From assembly GCA_964016885.1 (NCBI GenBank), contig OZ024747.1, positions 3,720,001 through 3,784,000 of the forward strand: a stretch of 64,000 bases of DNA, given 5' to 3'. The translations under genes were made by a program, and so were the position numbers. Numbering within the stretch: position 1 is the first letter of the stretch; the number at the start of each line of letters is the position of its first letter. Origin of the DNA: Eledone cirrhosa. Lineage: Eukaryota. Below the pieces are notes generated by a model, which had not been told where the DNA came from, did not search any database, and worked only from the letters and a program-made list of their open reading frames with translations. Below are positions 40,546 to 54,257 of this stretch, one piece after another.

Positions 40546-41430
40546 GAGAGAGATAAGTGTTGACTCTCATAGACACTATTCCTTACATTAGAGTTCCAAA
40601 CATTTGGTTGTGAAAACAATATTTTTTACATTTGACAAAATATTTAACAAAATGCAAAAAAATATTTCAGAATATGTCACAGAACAAGAAATAAGCAGAA
40701 CACAAGATAATATTTACTGCAAACAAAAACTAAGAAATATTTCTTCAAGAAAAAATATCAAATATTAAGTATTCTTCCATTTAAATATATTTTTAAAAAA
40801 AAAGGCATTGCAGAAAATTATTAGGGAGCTAAAAGAGGTCATGATGGTAAAAATTCAGGGTTAGGGGTTGTTTTTTTGCCTTAAATTTATACAGGAGGTA
40901 TAGATAAATGTGAACACTCATTATACATACATGCCTTTCCCTGGAACTTCTCTGATATAAATGAAATGAGGCAGCTACAATAATGAAAAAAAACAAAACT
41001 GCAAATGCTTAGAAAATTTACATTGTCCTAGAATTTCTAGAATTTTCTATAACTTCTCCATCACCAACATCACATACAAAAGAAAAATTGAAAAAACAAA
41101 ACAGTCCCCATATTATTCTATACAAGAAAAACATTTTTTTCTTATTTCGAGTTTTTCATCTATTGCTCCATGGAGTAATGAAGTGGGGGTGGGTGGGGTG
41201 GGGTGGGGGGGATTTTTTGGAAATTTGAACATTGAATCATATATAGAGAGTTTTAGAGAAGGAATTAACTTTATAGTTAGCTATATATACATATCCTACT
41301 AACAACCAGTGAACTGTAAAATAGGTATAACATACACACATACACAGGAGCACACAAACAAATGTACACATATGCACACATGTATATGTATGTCTGTGTT
41401 TATATATATATATAATACATATATATATAC

Positions 41431-41461
<31 letters not shown>

Positions 41462-41666
41462 CACATACATATATTTATAAATATAGACATATATACATAT
41501 GTACATATATACATATATATATATACATATATATATATATACATATACATACACACACACAAATATATATATATACATACATATATATATATATACACAT
41601 ACATATATATACACATATATTTATAAATATATACATATATACATATATATATATACATTTATATAC

Positions 41667-41717
<51 letters not shown>

Positions 41718-41730
41718 CACATACACACAT

Positions 41731-41787
<57 letters not shown>

Positions 41788-42083
41788 CACACACACACAC
41801 ATATATATATATCATCATCATCATCATCATATATATATATATACATATTCCAAGATCCCAAGATGAGCTGCCCGTCATCACTCTCCTCTCACCACCACCA
41901 CCTTACTGTCACTCTCTCAATCCCCCCCCCTCACCCCCTCAGCAACATCTAACTGCCATTTCTACCCACTCTACAATGTCACATCAACTTCCCATTACTG
42001 CCACTACTTCAAATCACTGCCTCTTTCTGCATTCTCAGGTCACAATGATTGCCCTAATGTTGGGAGCCCCATACAATGCACCC

Positions 42084-43375
42084 AGTGCTAGTGCTGGTGT
42101 CATGCTACAATACACCCAGTACACTCTGTAAAGTGCTAGTGCTGGTGTCATGCTACAATACACTCAGTACACTCTGTAAAGTGCTAGTGCTGGTGTCATG
42201 CTACAATACACCCAGTACACTCTGTAAAGTGCTAGTGCTGGTGTCATGCTACAATACACCCAGTACACTCTGTAAAGTGCTAGTGCTGGTGTCATGCTAC
42301 AATACACCCAGTACACTCTGTAAAGTGCTAGTGCTGGTGTCATGCTACAATACACTCAGTACACTCTGTAAAGTGCTAGTGCTGGTGTCATGCTACAATA
42401 CACTCAGTACACTCTGTAAAGTGCTAGTGCTGGTGTCATGCTACAATACACCCAGTACACTCTGTAAAGTGCTAGTGTGGTGTCATGCTACAATACACCC
42501 AGTACACTCTGTAAGTGCTAGTGCTGGTGTCATGCTACAATACACCCAGTACACTCTGTAAAGTGCTAGTGCTGGTGTCATGCTACAATACACCCAGTAC
42601 ACTCTGTAAGTGCTAGTGCTGGTGTCATGCTACAATACACCCAGTACACTCTGTAAAGTGCTAGTGCTGGTGTCATGCTACAATACACTCAGTACACTCT
42701 GTAAAGTGCTAGTGCTGGTGTCATGCTACAATACACCCAGTACACTCTGTAAGTGCTAGTGCTGGTGTCATGCTACAATACACCCAGTACACTCTGTAAA
42801 GTGCTAGTGCTGGTGTCATGCTACAATACACCCAGTACACTCTGTAAGTGCTAGTGCTGGTGTCATGCTACAATACACCCAGTACACTCTGTAAAGTGCT
42901 AGTGCTGGTGTCATGCTACAATACACCCAGTACACTCTGTAAAGTGCTAGTGCTGGTGTCATGCTACAATACACCCAGTACACTCTGTAAGTGCTAGTGC
43001 TGGTGTCATGCTACAATACACTCAGTACACTCTGTAAAGTGCTAGTGCTGGTGTCATGCTACAATACACCCAGTACACTCTGTAAGTGCTAGTGCTGGTG
43101 TCATGCTACAATACACCCAGTACACTCTGTAAGTGCTAGTGCTGGTGTCATGCTACAATACACCCAGTACACTCTGTAAAGTGCTAGTGCTGGTGTCATG
43201 TTAAAATACATCCAGTACACTCTGTAAAGTGGTAGTGCTGGTGTCATGATAAAATACACCTAGTACACTCTGTAAAGTGGTAGTGCTGGTGTCATGCTAA
43301 AATACACCCAGTACACTCTGTAAAGTGGTAGTGTTGGTGTCATGTTAAAATACATCCAGTACACGTTGTAAAGTG
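42084..43375. repeat. 48-bp tandem repeat, ~27 copies, derived from the RTE-type tail
   Basis: Unit GTGCTAGTGCTGGTGTCATGCTACAATACACCCAGTACACTCTGTAAA, running directly into GTGGTTGG..TAGAAAGGGCAT. Confidence 0.95.
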
Positions 43376-43444
43376 GTTGGAATTAGAAAGGGCATGCAGT
43401 TGTAAGAACCCTACCAAACTAGGCTCAGAATCTGACAATCCATA

Positions 43445-43672
43445 GGTCGGATGGGTCGTTTTCTGTACAGCATCTCTCCGCTTATTATAACCTTTCATCA
43501 TCTTAGCTGTGAGCTTCAGCAATTTAAACTCAGTTCTCACCACTTCCACCCAGGTCTTCCTTCGTTTTCCTCTACTCCAGTTTCCTTCTATTGTGATTTC
43601 TTGGCACGTCTTCACCCAACGATCATCATCCATGTACATCACGTGTCCATATTATTGCAGTCTTCTCACCTG
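43445..43672 (-). mobile_element. RTE LINE ORF C-terminal fragment
   Basis: RLQ*YGHVMYMDDDRWVKTCQEITIEGNWSRGKRRKTWVEVVRTE. Confidence 0.85.
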
Positions 43673-43896
43673 CACATATACATATATATATAAACAACAG
43701 GAGTGTGTGCAATAAAAGCATACACATACAGATGCATTAATCACCTTAAAAAGTTAAAGATAATGTGGTATTGTGAGAAGATGCTGTGTACATTAATTAG
43801 ATGAGAATTATCATATAACAGTGCCATCATTTCTGGTCTAATCTAACAAGTATATGTTGAATTGGTGGAGATTTATAGCATCCTCTCTTAATTCCT

Positions 43897-45189
43897 TACT
43901 ACATATATAGATATCTAACTACATATACAGATATCTTACTACATATATAGATATCTAACTACATATACAGATATCTTACTACATATATAGATATCTAACT
44001 ACATATACAGATATCTAACTACATATACAGATATCTAACTACATATATAGATATCTAACTACATATATAGATATCTAACTACATATACAGATATCTTACT
44101 ACATATATAGATATCTAACTACATATACAGATATCTTACTACATATATAGATATCTAACTACATATACAGATATCTTACTACATATATAGATATCTAACT
44201 ACATATACAGATATCTAACTACATATACAGATATCTAACTACATATACAGATATCTTACTACATATATAGATATCTAACTACATATACAGATATCTAACT
44301 ACATATACAGATATCTAACTACATATATAGATATCTAACTACATATATAGATATCTAACTACATATATAGATAGGTTACTACATATACAGATATCTAACT
44401 ACATATATAGATATCTAACTACATATATAGATATCTAACTACATATATAGATATCTAACTACATATATAGATATGTTACTACATATACAGATATCTAACT
44501 ACATATACAGATATCTAACTACATATATAGATATCTTACTACATATACAGATATCTAACTACATATATAGATATCTAACTACATATATAGATATCTAACT
44601 ACATATACAGATATCTAACTACATATACAGATATCTTACTACATATATAGATATCTAACTACATATACAGATATCTAACTACATATATAGATATCTAACT
44701 ACATATATAGATATCTAACTACATATATAGATATCTAACTACATATATAGATATGTTACTACATATACAGATATCTAACTACATATATAGATATCTAACT
44801 ACATATATAGATATCTAACTACATATATAGATATCTAACTACATATATAGATATCTAACTACATATATAGATATGTTACTACATATACAGATATCTAACT
44901 ACATATACAGATATCTAACTACATATATAGATATCTAACTACATATATAGATATCTAACTACATATATAGATATCTAACTACATATACAGATATCTTACT
45001 ACATATACAGATATCTAACTACATATACAGATATCTTACTACATATATAGATATCTAACTACATATACAGATATCTAACTACATATATAGATATCTAACT
45101 ACATATATAGATATCTAACTACATATATAGATATCTAACTACATATATAGATGTCTAACTACATATATAGATATCTAACTACATATACA
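43897..45189. repeat. 20-bp minisatellite, ~64 copies
   Basis: Unit ACTACATATA(T/C)AGATATCT(A/T). Confidence 0.97.
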
Positions 45190-45279
45190 CTAAAACATCA
45201 ATGTTCCATTTTAGATATAAAAAAAGAAACTACTTGACAGAGTAGACTTAAATTGGTGGCAGGACGACATTTTAGGTTG

Positions 45280-45460
45280 ACAGACTGATTGACAGTGTCA
45301 GATAGACAGACTGATTGACAGACTGACAGACTGACAGACTGATTGACAGTGTCAGATAGACAGACTGATTGACAGTGTCAGATAGACAGACTGATTGCTA
45401 GACAGACAGATAGACAGACTGACAAAGTGATAGACAGACAGACTGACAGACTGAGAGATA
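45280..45460. repeat. (GACA/GACT/GATA) tetranucleotide tract
   Basis: Direct reading. Confidence 0.9.
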
Positions 45461-45462
45461 GA

Positions 45463-46120
45463 TAAATTTCTTTATTAGCCACAAGGGCACAAAAGAAGGG
45501 GACAAATACAAATGGGGAGTTTACATACAGGTATATGAAAATAAAACTATTAATAAAATAACAAATAACAATTGATATCCCCAATAGGGGGGAGGTGTTA
45601 CACAGGATTGTACACACCCCGAAAAAATGTACAACCCTCATCTCCAGGAGCCCCAAGAGTTAGTACTCCCTTCCTCTCTTTCCTCAACCTACAGGCTTAT
45701 ATAGAGAGAAGGCCCAACCATTCGGGCCATCTTTTCCACATTCACCCACCTTTCATAAAACTTGCTGGGGTACAGCACCTCTCTCTCCATCCTGGGGTAC
45801 AGCACCTCTCTCTCCATCCTGGGGTACAGCACCTCTCTCTCCATCCTGGGGTACAGCACCTCTCTCTCCGTCCTGGGGTACAGCACCTCTCTCTCCATCC
45901 TGGGGTACAGCACCTCTCTCTCCATCCTGGGGTACAGCACCTCTCTCTCCGTCCTGGGGTACAGCACCTCTCTCTCCATCCTGATTCTTCTTCCAAAATG
46001 ATTTTTGAAAAAACAAATCAGTTGCTCGCCAGAGAGAAAGGTGTCTGACCTCAGCCCTTTTAACCTCATCCACCATATAACCCCTTTCATGATAGCCATA
46101 ACACATAGGAAAACCGCCTA
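45463..46120 (-). mobile_element. Tx1/L1-like LINE 3' end with an internal 27-bp x8 tandem
   Basis: Homologous to 40068-40545. Tandem at 45765-45980. Confidence 0.78.
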
Positions 46121-46299
46121 TTGGCAATATTGGTAACATGGCCACCCCCAATTAAATAAAATAAATATATATTATTTATTCTTTATCATTAACATTAATA
46201 TAAAAATAATATATTTCTTTAGAAAATGGCCTCAAATTTCATATATAGGGTCTTAGTAGGTGAAATTCCAGTCATGTCCATTGGATACTTGTCACCAAT

Positions 46300-46471
46300 T
46301 ACCGTATTTCCCAGTGCCAAAGACACTTCGTCCTCAAGGATGAACACCAAGTTTGACAACCAAATATTCGAAAAAGAATAATGAACAACCTTCAGCCTCC
46401 AGAATGCATGGTAGATTTTTGAGACTTATTTTAGGGAAAAAGTAGCATCTTCGACGCGAGGAAATACAGTA
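46300..46471. mobile_element. Tc1/mariner (pogo/Tigger-like) MITE with TA ends
   Basis: TA-CCGTATTTCC...GGAAATACAG-TA with imperfect ~25-bp TIRs. Confidence 0.75.
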
Positions 46472-46931
46472 ATTGTAACATACTATAAATAAATAAAGAG
46501 ATATGTAATATTTGAGGGACAGATGAAATGGTCATAGGTGGAATGGCTTTGACTATAGGACTATTTGTAATGCCAACTTAATAACACTAAAAATAATAGT
46601 AACAATGATAGCATAACTGTGTGATTTTTTACAAATACACACACCATAGTTTTCTTGTTTCATCTTAGTGGTTGCCAAGTGACCAGTTCCAAGTCCAAAT
46701 AAGACATTCCCCTGTGGCCACTACTTCAGATATGTTTCAAGACTTGATGATTTCTATATTTGTCTGGATTCCTTATATACACACACGGAATGGATTTCTC
46801 TTGTAATAAATACTGAATGATGTATAAAGTTCCGTACAGTCATCCCATTGCTTGTACACACGTATATATATATATATATATATACATATGTATATGTGTA
46901 TATACATATGTATATATTTATATGTATATAT

Positions 46932-47124
46932 AACGAAGGAAATGTGGTAAGGAACCAGATGGACCATAACGCACCAAAGTACTCAATACTTAGGGTAGTA
47001 GAGTGGGTAATAGGAACAAGTATGACCCCGACGGCAGAGCTCAAGACGTTTCGACGGCTAATTCAGACCAGAATTAGCCGTCGAGACGGCTTGAGCTCTG
47101 CCGTCGGGGTCATACTTGTTCCTA
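46932..47124. mobile_element. Fold-back palindromic element, copy E (best preserved)
   Basis: Arms 47011-47064 and 47071-47124 are 52/54 complementary with an AGACCA loop. Confidence 0.9.
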
Positions 47125-47132
47125 TATGTATA

Positions 47133-47208
<76 letters not shown>

Positions 47209-47230
47209 AGTATGCATGTGTATATGTGTA

Positions 47231-47287
<57 letters not shown>

Positions 47288-47503
47288 GCACATATACATC
47301 AATATATTCATGCAAACATTTATATACACACACAAAGGATTAAGTTATCACGCAGTCTCACTTAAATACATCTATCTTCATTTAAGGCTTGATCTATTGC
47401 ACATACGTGCACACACATACATACATATTTGCACACACACACACACATACACAAACACATATGTATGCACACATACACACCCAAACACATATGCATGCCC
47501 ATG

Positions 47504-47535
<32 letters not shown>

Positions 47536-48233
47536 CACACACACTGATAATAAATAAGCTCAAAAATGCACTTACATATACATACACACACACACATATA
47601 TGCACATACTCATATTGAATAAGCTACACAATACACATACATGTACATATGCATACACAACACACCAAACTAAATACAAATGTGTCCCTTACAAAGTGCA
47701 TGCATGCTTTCGTCACTCTCATACATCTACAACAAGAATTCTGCTCTGCTTGAACCTTAAATAAACATCAGATTTTAAAAAGCTCCTTGAGAACTTCTAC
47801 TTATCTTATTTGTTTATTTATTTATTTTATGTCACATATTGTGAACAAGGGTGTCACTGGTGAAAGGTTTCTAACGGACCAATCACTGCTTCATTCTTAT
47901 CTTTAACTTTAATACCACTATATTCCTAAAAAAACACACCATTATCATCATCTTTATCATGATCATCATCATCATTATCATCATCGTTATCATCACCATC
48001 ATCATCATCAGTTTTGTGGGAGGGGAAAATTGATTAAATCAACCGCAGTTCATTCCTGATGTTTTTATCAACCCATAAGGATAAAAGTCAAAGCTTAACC
48101 TCGGCCGGGTTTGAACACGAAACATAATGAGCTCAACAAATACCACCAGGCATTTGTCCAATGTTCTAACAACTTTGCCAATCCACTGACTTATTATTAT
48201 TAATGATGATAATAATAATAATAATAATAAAAT

Positions 48234-48443
48234 AGAGTTTCCAAGGATGGTTAAAGAAGATTAGTCCCCCTCCCCCCGTCCGCTTTTTGGAACACTTCAA
48301 AAGTCATGCTTGCTGGGAACAGCAAGAACCCTCCGATACGTCCTGAATATCTGAGGCTGCAGGTAGTGGCTTGATATTCATTTCAACAAACTTTCCAGTT
48401 AAATAACATCAATGACTGAGACTCAAAGAACAATAATAATAAT
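48234..48443 (+). mobile_element. R4/Dong-like RLE retrotransposon 3' end inserted in (TAA)n
   Basis: FQGWLKKI.. then GTLQKSCLLGTARTLRYVLNI* (stop at 48352-48354), with (AAT)n on both sides. Confidence 0.78.
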
Positions 48444-48614
48444 TGTTTCTACTTTTGGCACAAGGCCAGCAATTATTCCAGTATATTACTGGTACTTTAT
48501 TTTATCGACCCCATAAGTGAGTTAATCGGCCGGGGTACCGAAAACAATAAACGATAAATGCAAATTAGGCTGCTCAGCCGTTAATATGCATAAGGAAAGT
48601 ATATACTTTCAGAC

Positions 48615-48701
48615 GTTCAATCATCTGACGGGAAGGTATACGTTGCTGACGATAGCTAATAAGCTTGAAACTAGTACGGCGTTCCTTTGTCAGTGTTGAA
48701 C
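48615..48701 (+). ncRNA. Type I hammerhead ribozyme motif with extended stem I
   Basis: ACGTTG-CTGACGA-tAGCTaataAGCTt-GAAA-CTAG-TA-CGGCGT. Outer pairings are CTGAC/GTCAG and GTTCAA/TTGAAC. Confidence 0.8.
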
Positions 48702-48804
48702 AAATGAGCAACGATGGTTGCTAGACACTGTACGGCTTAATTCGGGATGTTTGTTTACAAACACACCGAGCATTATAATAAATGTTCGGTGAATCCATAC
48801 GTAC

Positions 48805-48835
<31 letters not shown>

Positions 48836-48839
48836 CATG

Positions 48840-48882
<43 letters not shown>

Positions 48883-48925
48883 TATTGTATGTCTGTATAC
48901 ATATATGTATGTACGTATACATACT

Positions 48926-48956
<31 letters not shown>

Positions 48957-49199
48957 GTATATGTATATATGTATGTATATGTGTATGAGTGTGTGTGTAT
49001 ATACACACAAGAATGTGTGTGCAGTCGTGCATGCGAGTGGGTGTATGTGTGTCTGTACATGAAATGGTAACATAGCTGCTTGGATTTAAAGGAAATGGAA
49101 AAGGGTCTTTGGAATTGCCTTCTATGTTGGCATCAAAGAGTTTCTCTGTTGGTGGGAACAGCTGACTGCTTGAAGTATGTTCTTCAATAATGACGTTGT

Positions 49200-50235
49200 A
49201 TTCATCTATACATATATATTCATTGTATATATGTTGTATACATATATATTCTTATATCGTATATACATATATATTTATATGCTGTATATATGTTGTATAC
49301 ATGTATATTTATATATCGTATATATGTTGTATATATGTTGTATACATGTATATTTATATGTTGTATACATATATATTCATATATCGTATATATGTTGTAT
49401 ACATGTATATTTATATGTTGTATATATGTTGTATACATATATATTTATATGTTGTATATATGTTGTATATACATGTATATTTATATGCTGTATATACATG
49501 TATATTTATATGTTGTATATATGTTGTATACATGTATATTCATATATCGTATATATGTTGTATACATGTATATTTATATGTTGTATATATGTTGTATACA
49601 TATATATTCATATATCGTATATATGTTGTATACATGTATATTTATATGTTGTATATATGTTGTATACATATATATTCATATATCGTATATATGTTGTATA
49701 CATGTATATTTATATGTTGTATATATGTTGTATACATATATATTCATATATCGTATATATGTTGTATACATGTATATTTATATGTTGTATATATGTTGTA
49801 TACATATATATTCATATATCGTATATATGTTGTATACATGTATATTTATATGTTGTATACATATATATTCATATATCGTATATATGTTGTATACATGTAT
49901 ATTTATATGTTGTATATATGTTGTATACATGTATATTTATATGCTGTATATACATGTATATTTATATGTTGTATATATGTTGTATACATATATATTTATA
50001 TGTTGTATACATGTATACATATATATTCATATATTGTATATATGTTGTATACATGTATATTTATATGTTGTATACATGTATATTTATATGTTGTATATAC
50101 ATGTATATTTATATGTTGTATATACATGTATATTTATATGTTGTATATATGTTGTATACATGTATATTTATATGTTGTATACATGTATATTTATATGCTG
50201 TATATATATGTTGTATACATGTATATTTATATATA
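49200..50235. repeat. AT-rich variant minisatellite (TATATGTTGTATACATGTATATTTA...)
   Basis: Direct reading. Confidence 0.95.
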
Positions 50236-50494
50236 GCATAGCTTCTGTAACTGATGTGTGATTAATGAAAGTCTAAAGTATGCTGGAAGCTCAATGAATG
50301 AATGCGAAATATTGATATGTCATACACATGAGTCAATTGAAAGGTGAAAGCATTGCCCAATATGTTATGAAGCAGATCTAACGATATTGCCATGCATGGT
50401 ACATATCATCATCATCATCATTGTACGTCCACTTTTCCCTGCTTGCAAGGGTGGGACGTATATATACACATATGTATGTATGTATATATATAAG

Positions 50495-50730
50495 TCGATT
50501 AACAAGATCCCAGACCTCATTAACAAGTGTGGTGGAGCTCATCAAATCAGACCGAGGAAAAATATTTCCATCAGTCTTTCCAATTGCTAATACTAGTCGC
50601 AACTCCAGGTAGACAGAACAACGTGAAATAAAGTGTCTTGCTCAAGGACTTAACACATCGCCCATTCTGGGAATCGAACTCGCAACCTCACGATTGCAAA
50701 TCCAATTCTGTAACCACACAGCCACGTGCC
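50495..50730 (-). mobile_element. CORE-like SINE, tail type B
   Basis: Homologous to 2108-2355. Confidence 0.82.
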
Positions 50731-51499
50731 TTCAGACACACATGCACACATACACACACACATATATACACACACACATATATACACACACACATACACA
50801 CACACATATATGCACACACATATATACACACACATATGTACACACACTTATATACACACACATATATACACACATATATACACACATATACACACACACA
50901 TATATACACACACTTATATACACACACATATATACACACACATATATACACACATATATATACACACACATATATACACACACATATATATACACAAACA
51001 TATATAGAGAGTGAGTGAGGGAGAGAGAAATATAGAGACCCATAGAATAATTTTTACATCAACAGTTATTTAAAAACTCTAACTTTTTCACTTAGGAATC
51101 AATGATGGTTTTATGATTGTTTAACTCGAGAAGTTGTACTTAAATACTAATCATGTCTGCCATTTAAAAACAAATTCTACATCAGACAAGACTTTTTTTT
51201 CTTTTCTATGGAGACGTGGTATATTAGAAAATTCTTTATTTTCTCTTCATTTTTCTTTGTTAACTTTATTCTTTAGCCCCCCCCCTCTCTCTCTCTCTCT
51301 TTTCTATTCTTATCTGATAGCCAATATCTCTACCATCCCCCTCACACTACTACCAATGCTTGTAAACAAAATCTATGCCACTTCTACTATCACTACAGAA
51401 AAACCTCACTCCCACCCTCATTCATTACCATTACCTCACCACTAATAATGCCATTACAACCACCAACACCTCCAATATCAATATTACTGTTAACACCAA

Positions 51500-52297
51500 C
51501 ACTACACTTACAATATACCAACATCACTACACTACAATATACCAACAACACCAGCACTACACTTACAATATACCAACATCACTACACTACAATATACCAA
51601 CAACACCATCACTACACTACAATATACCAACAACACCAACACTACACTCTACAATATACCAACATCACTACCCTACAATATACCAACAACACCATCATTA
51701 CACTACAATATACCAACATCACTACACTACAATACAATATACCAACATCACTACACTACACTCTACAATATACCAACATCACTACACTACAATATACCAA
51801 CAACACCATCACTACACTACAATATACCAACAACACCATCACTACACTACAATATACCAACAACACCATCACTACACTACAATATACCAACAACACCAAC
51901 ACTACACTCTACAATATACCAACAACACCATCACTACACTACAATATACCAACAACACCATCACTACACTACAATATACCAACAACACCAACACTACACT
52001 CTACAATATACCAACAACACCATCACTACACTACAATATACCAACAACACCAACACTACACTCTACAATATACCAACAACACCATCACTACACTACAATA
52101 TACCAACAACACCATCACTACACTACAATATACCAACAACACCAACACTACACTACAATATACCAACAACACCAACACTACACTACAATATACCAACAAC
52201 ACCATCACTACACTACAATATACCAACAACACCAACACTACACTACAATATACCAACAACACCATCACTACACTACAATATACCAACAACACCAACA
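51500..52297. repeat. ~30-bp minisatellite CAATATACCAACAACACCATCACTACACTA
   Basis: Direct reading. Confidence 0.95.
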
Positions 52298-53209
52298 GCT
52301 CCATCTTCAATCCATACAACAAACAATATTATCACTTCACAATACCAAAACAAAATAAAATAAAAAAAGAAATAAAGATAGTCATGGCTTGAATTCTATT
52401 GATCATCATTTTTGTTCAGGACTGTCCTGGGGCTAAACAACACCACCAATAGCAACACATTTACCACATTTCTACTGAAAGTCATTCCCTATATTCTAAA
52501 AATAACCAATAATTTGGAGGACAATTCCAGTGGTCCAAGTTGCCAATTGTTAGAGTTTGCTCCCCTATGGACCCTCTTTGGGGCCAATTCTGGTTGTTAA
52601 ACTTTGCTCCCTTCTCAGCATTCTTTGGGGTCTCAGGAAATGCAACCTTTGTGTGTGAATCCCACACCACCCAGGACACAACACAGGGATATTTACCTAT
52701 ATAACTTTCTCGTTATTAAGCTGGTGTTTGGAGGAGGACAAAAGAACTAACATAAAATTATGATGCAAGATTTTTTTAGTTAAGTATAAATATTCTAAAA
52801 TAAACATTAGGTGTGGTTTAGACAGTTTGATATTAAAGGGGTTAAATTTACACCTTCCTCATCACTATCACCAGAAGGCCATTACAACCACCTCCATTAC
52901 AATCACAAATACAAACAGTTTTATTATCAGCATTTATAAGAGGAAAAAATGACAAGATGGTCATAGTTGGAAAGTCTTCCATCATAGGTCTCCTCTGCCA
53001 GGACAATCAGGCAACTAAATAGACCCAACACCACCACAAACACCCTCAACATCACAAAACACAACCATCACCTTTACCAATCCCTCCAACAACAACTCTA
53101 CCATCAATAACAACAACAACACCAACAACAACAACACCGTTTGCATCAGCAGCAACATCAACAACACTACTACCAGTAACAGCAACAATGACAGCAATGA
53201 TACAACGAT

Positions 53210-53841
53210 GACAACGACCACCACCACCACCACCAATACCACCACCACCACCACCACCACCACCATGATCACCACCACCAACACCACCACCACTACCACC
53301 ACCACCACCACCACCACCACCACCACCGCCACCATCACCACCACCACCACCATGATCACCACCACCACCACCAACACAACCACCACAAAAACCACCACCA
53401 CCACCACCATCACCACCACCACTACCACCACCACCACCACTACCACCACCAACACCACCACCACCACCACCACCACTACCACCACCACCACCACTACCAC
53501 CACCAACACCACCACCACCACCACCACCACCACCACCACCATGATCACCACCACCAATACCACCACCACCACCACCACCACCACCATGATCACCACCACC
53601 AACACCACCACCACCACCACCACCACCACCCCCACCACCACCACCATGAACATCAACACCACCACCACCACCACCACCGCCACCATCACCACCACCACCA
53701 CCATCACCACCACCAACACCACCAACACCACCACCACCACCAACACCACCACCACCACCACCAACACCACCACCACCACCACCACTACCACCACCACCAC
53801 CACCACCACCACCACTACCACCACCACCACCACCACCACCA
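53210..53841. repeat. Long (ACC)n tract
   Basis: Direct reading. Confidence 0.97.
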
Positions 53842-54257
53842 ATCACCATTTGTCTCAATCCGTCCATCACCCAGCACCCATCAGTGTGGAAAGAAAGACA
53901 TCAACTAAATTTCCTGACCTTTCCTTATTAATTTCCTCTCTCCATTTTTGTGTGAAGTGTCACACCAGAATAATGTAGCCAGGCCAAGAACAATGAGGCA
54001 AACTTTATTAAATTATACTCAACAATTCTTCCTTTAGAAATCATTATTTCAAAAGGCAACTTTTTGTCATAGCAGCAATACTATTGTTAGTGAGGTATTC
54101 ACTGCCATAGAAGTCTTTCTAGTAATTGCAGCAACTTTCAAGCATTGATTACTTTCTACAGTGTTTGCTTATATTCTTGGATGAGATCCTATTCAAGATT
54201 TGTAGACTGCTGGCTGCAGGTCAACTTTACTATCAATAGTACAGGGAAGGAGGCTTC

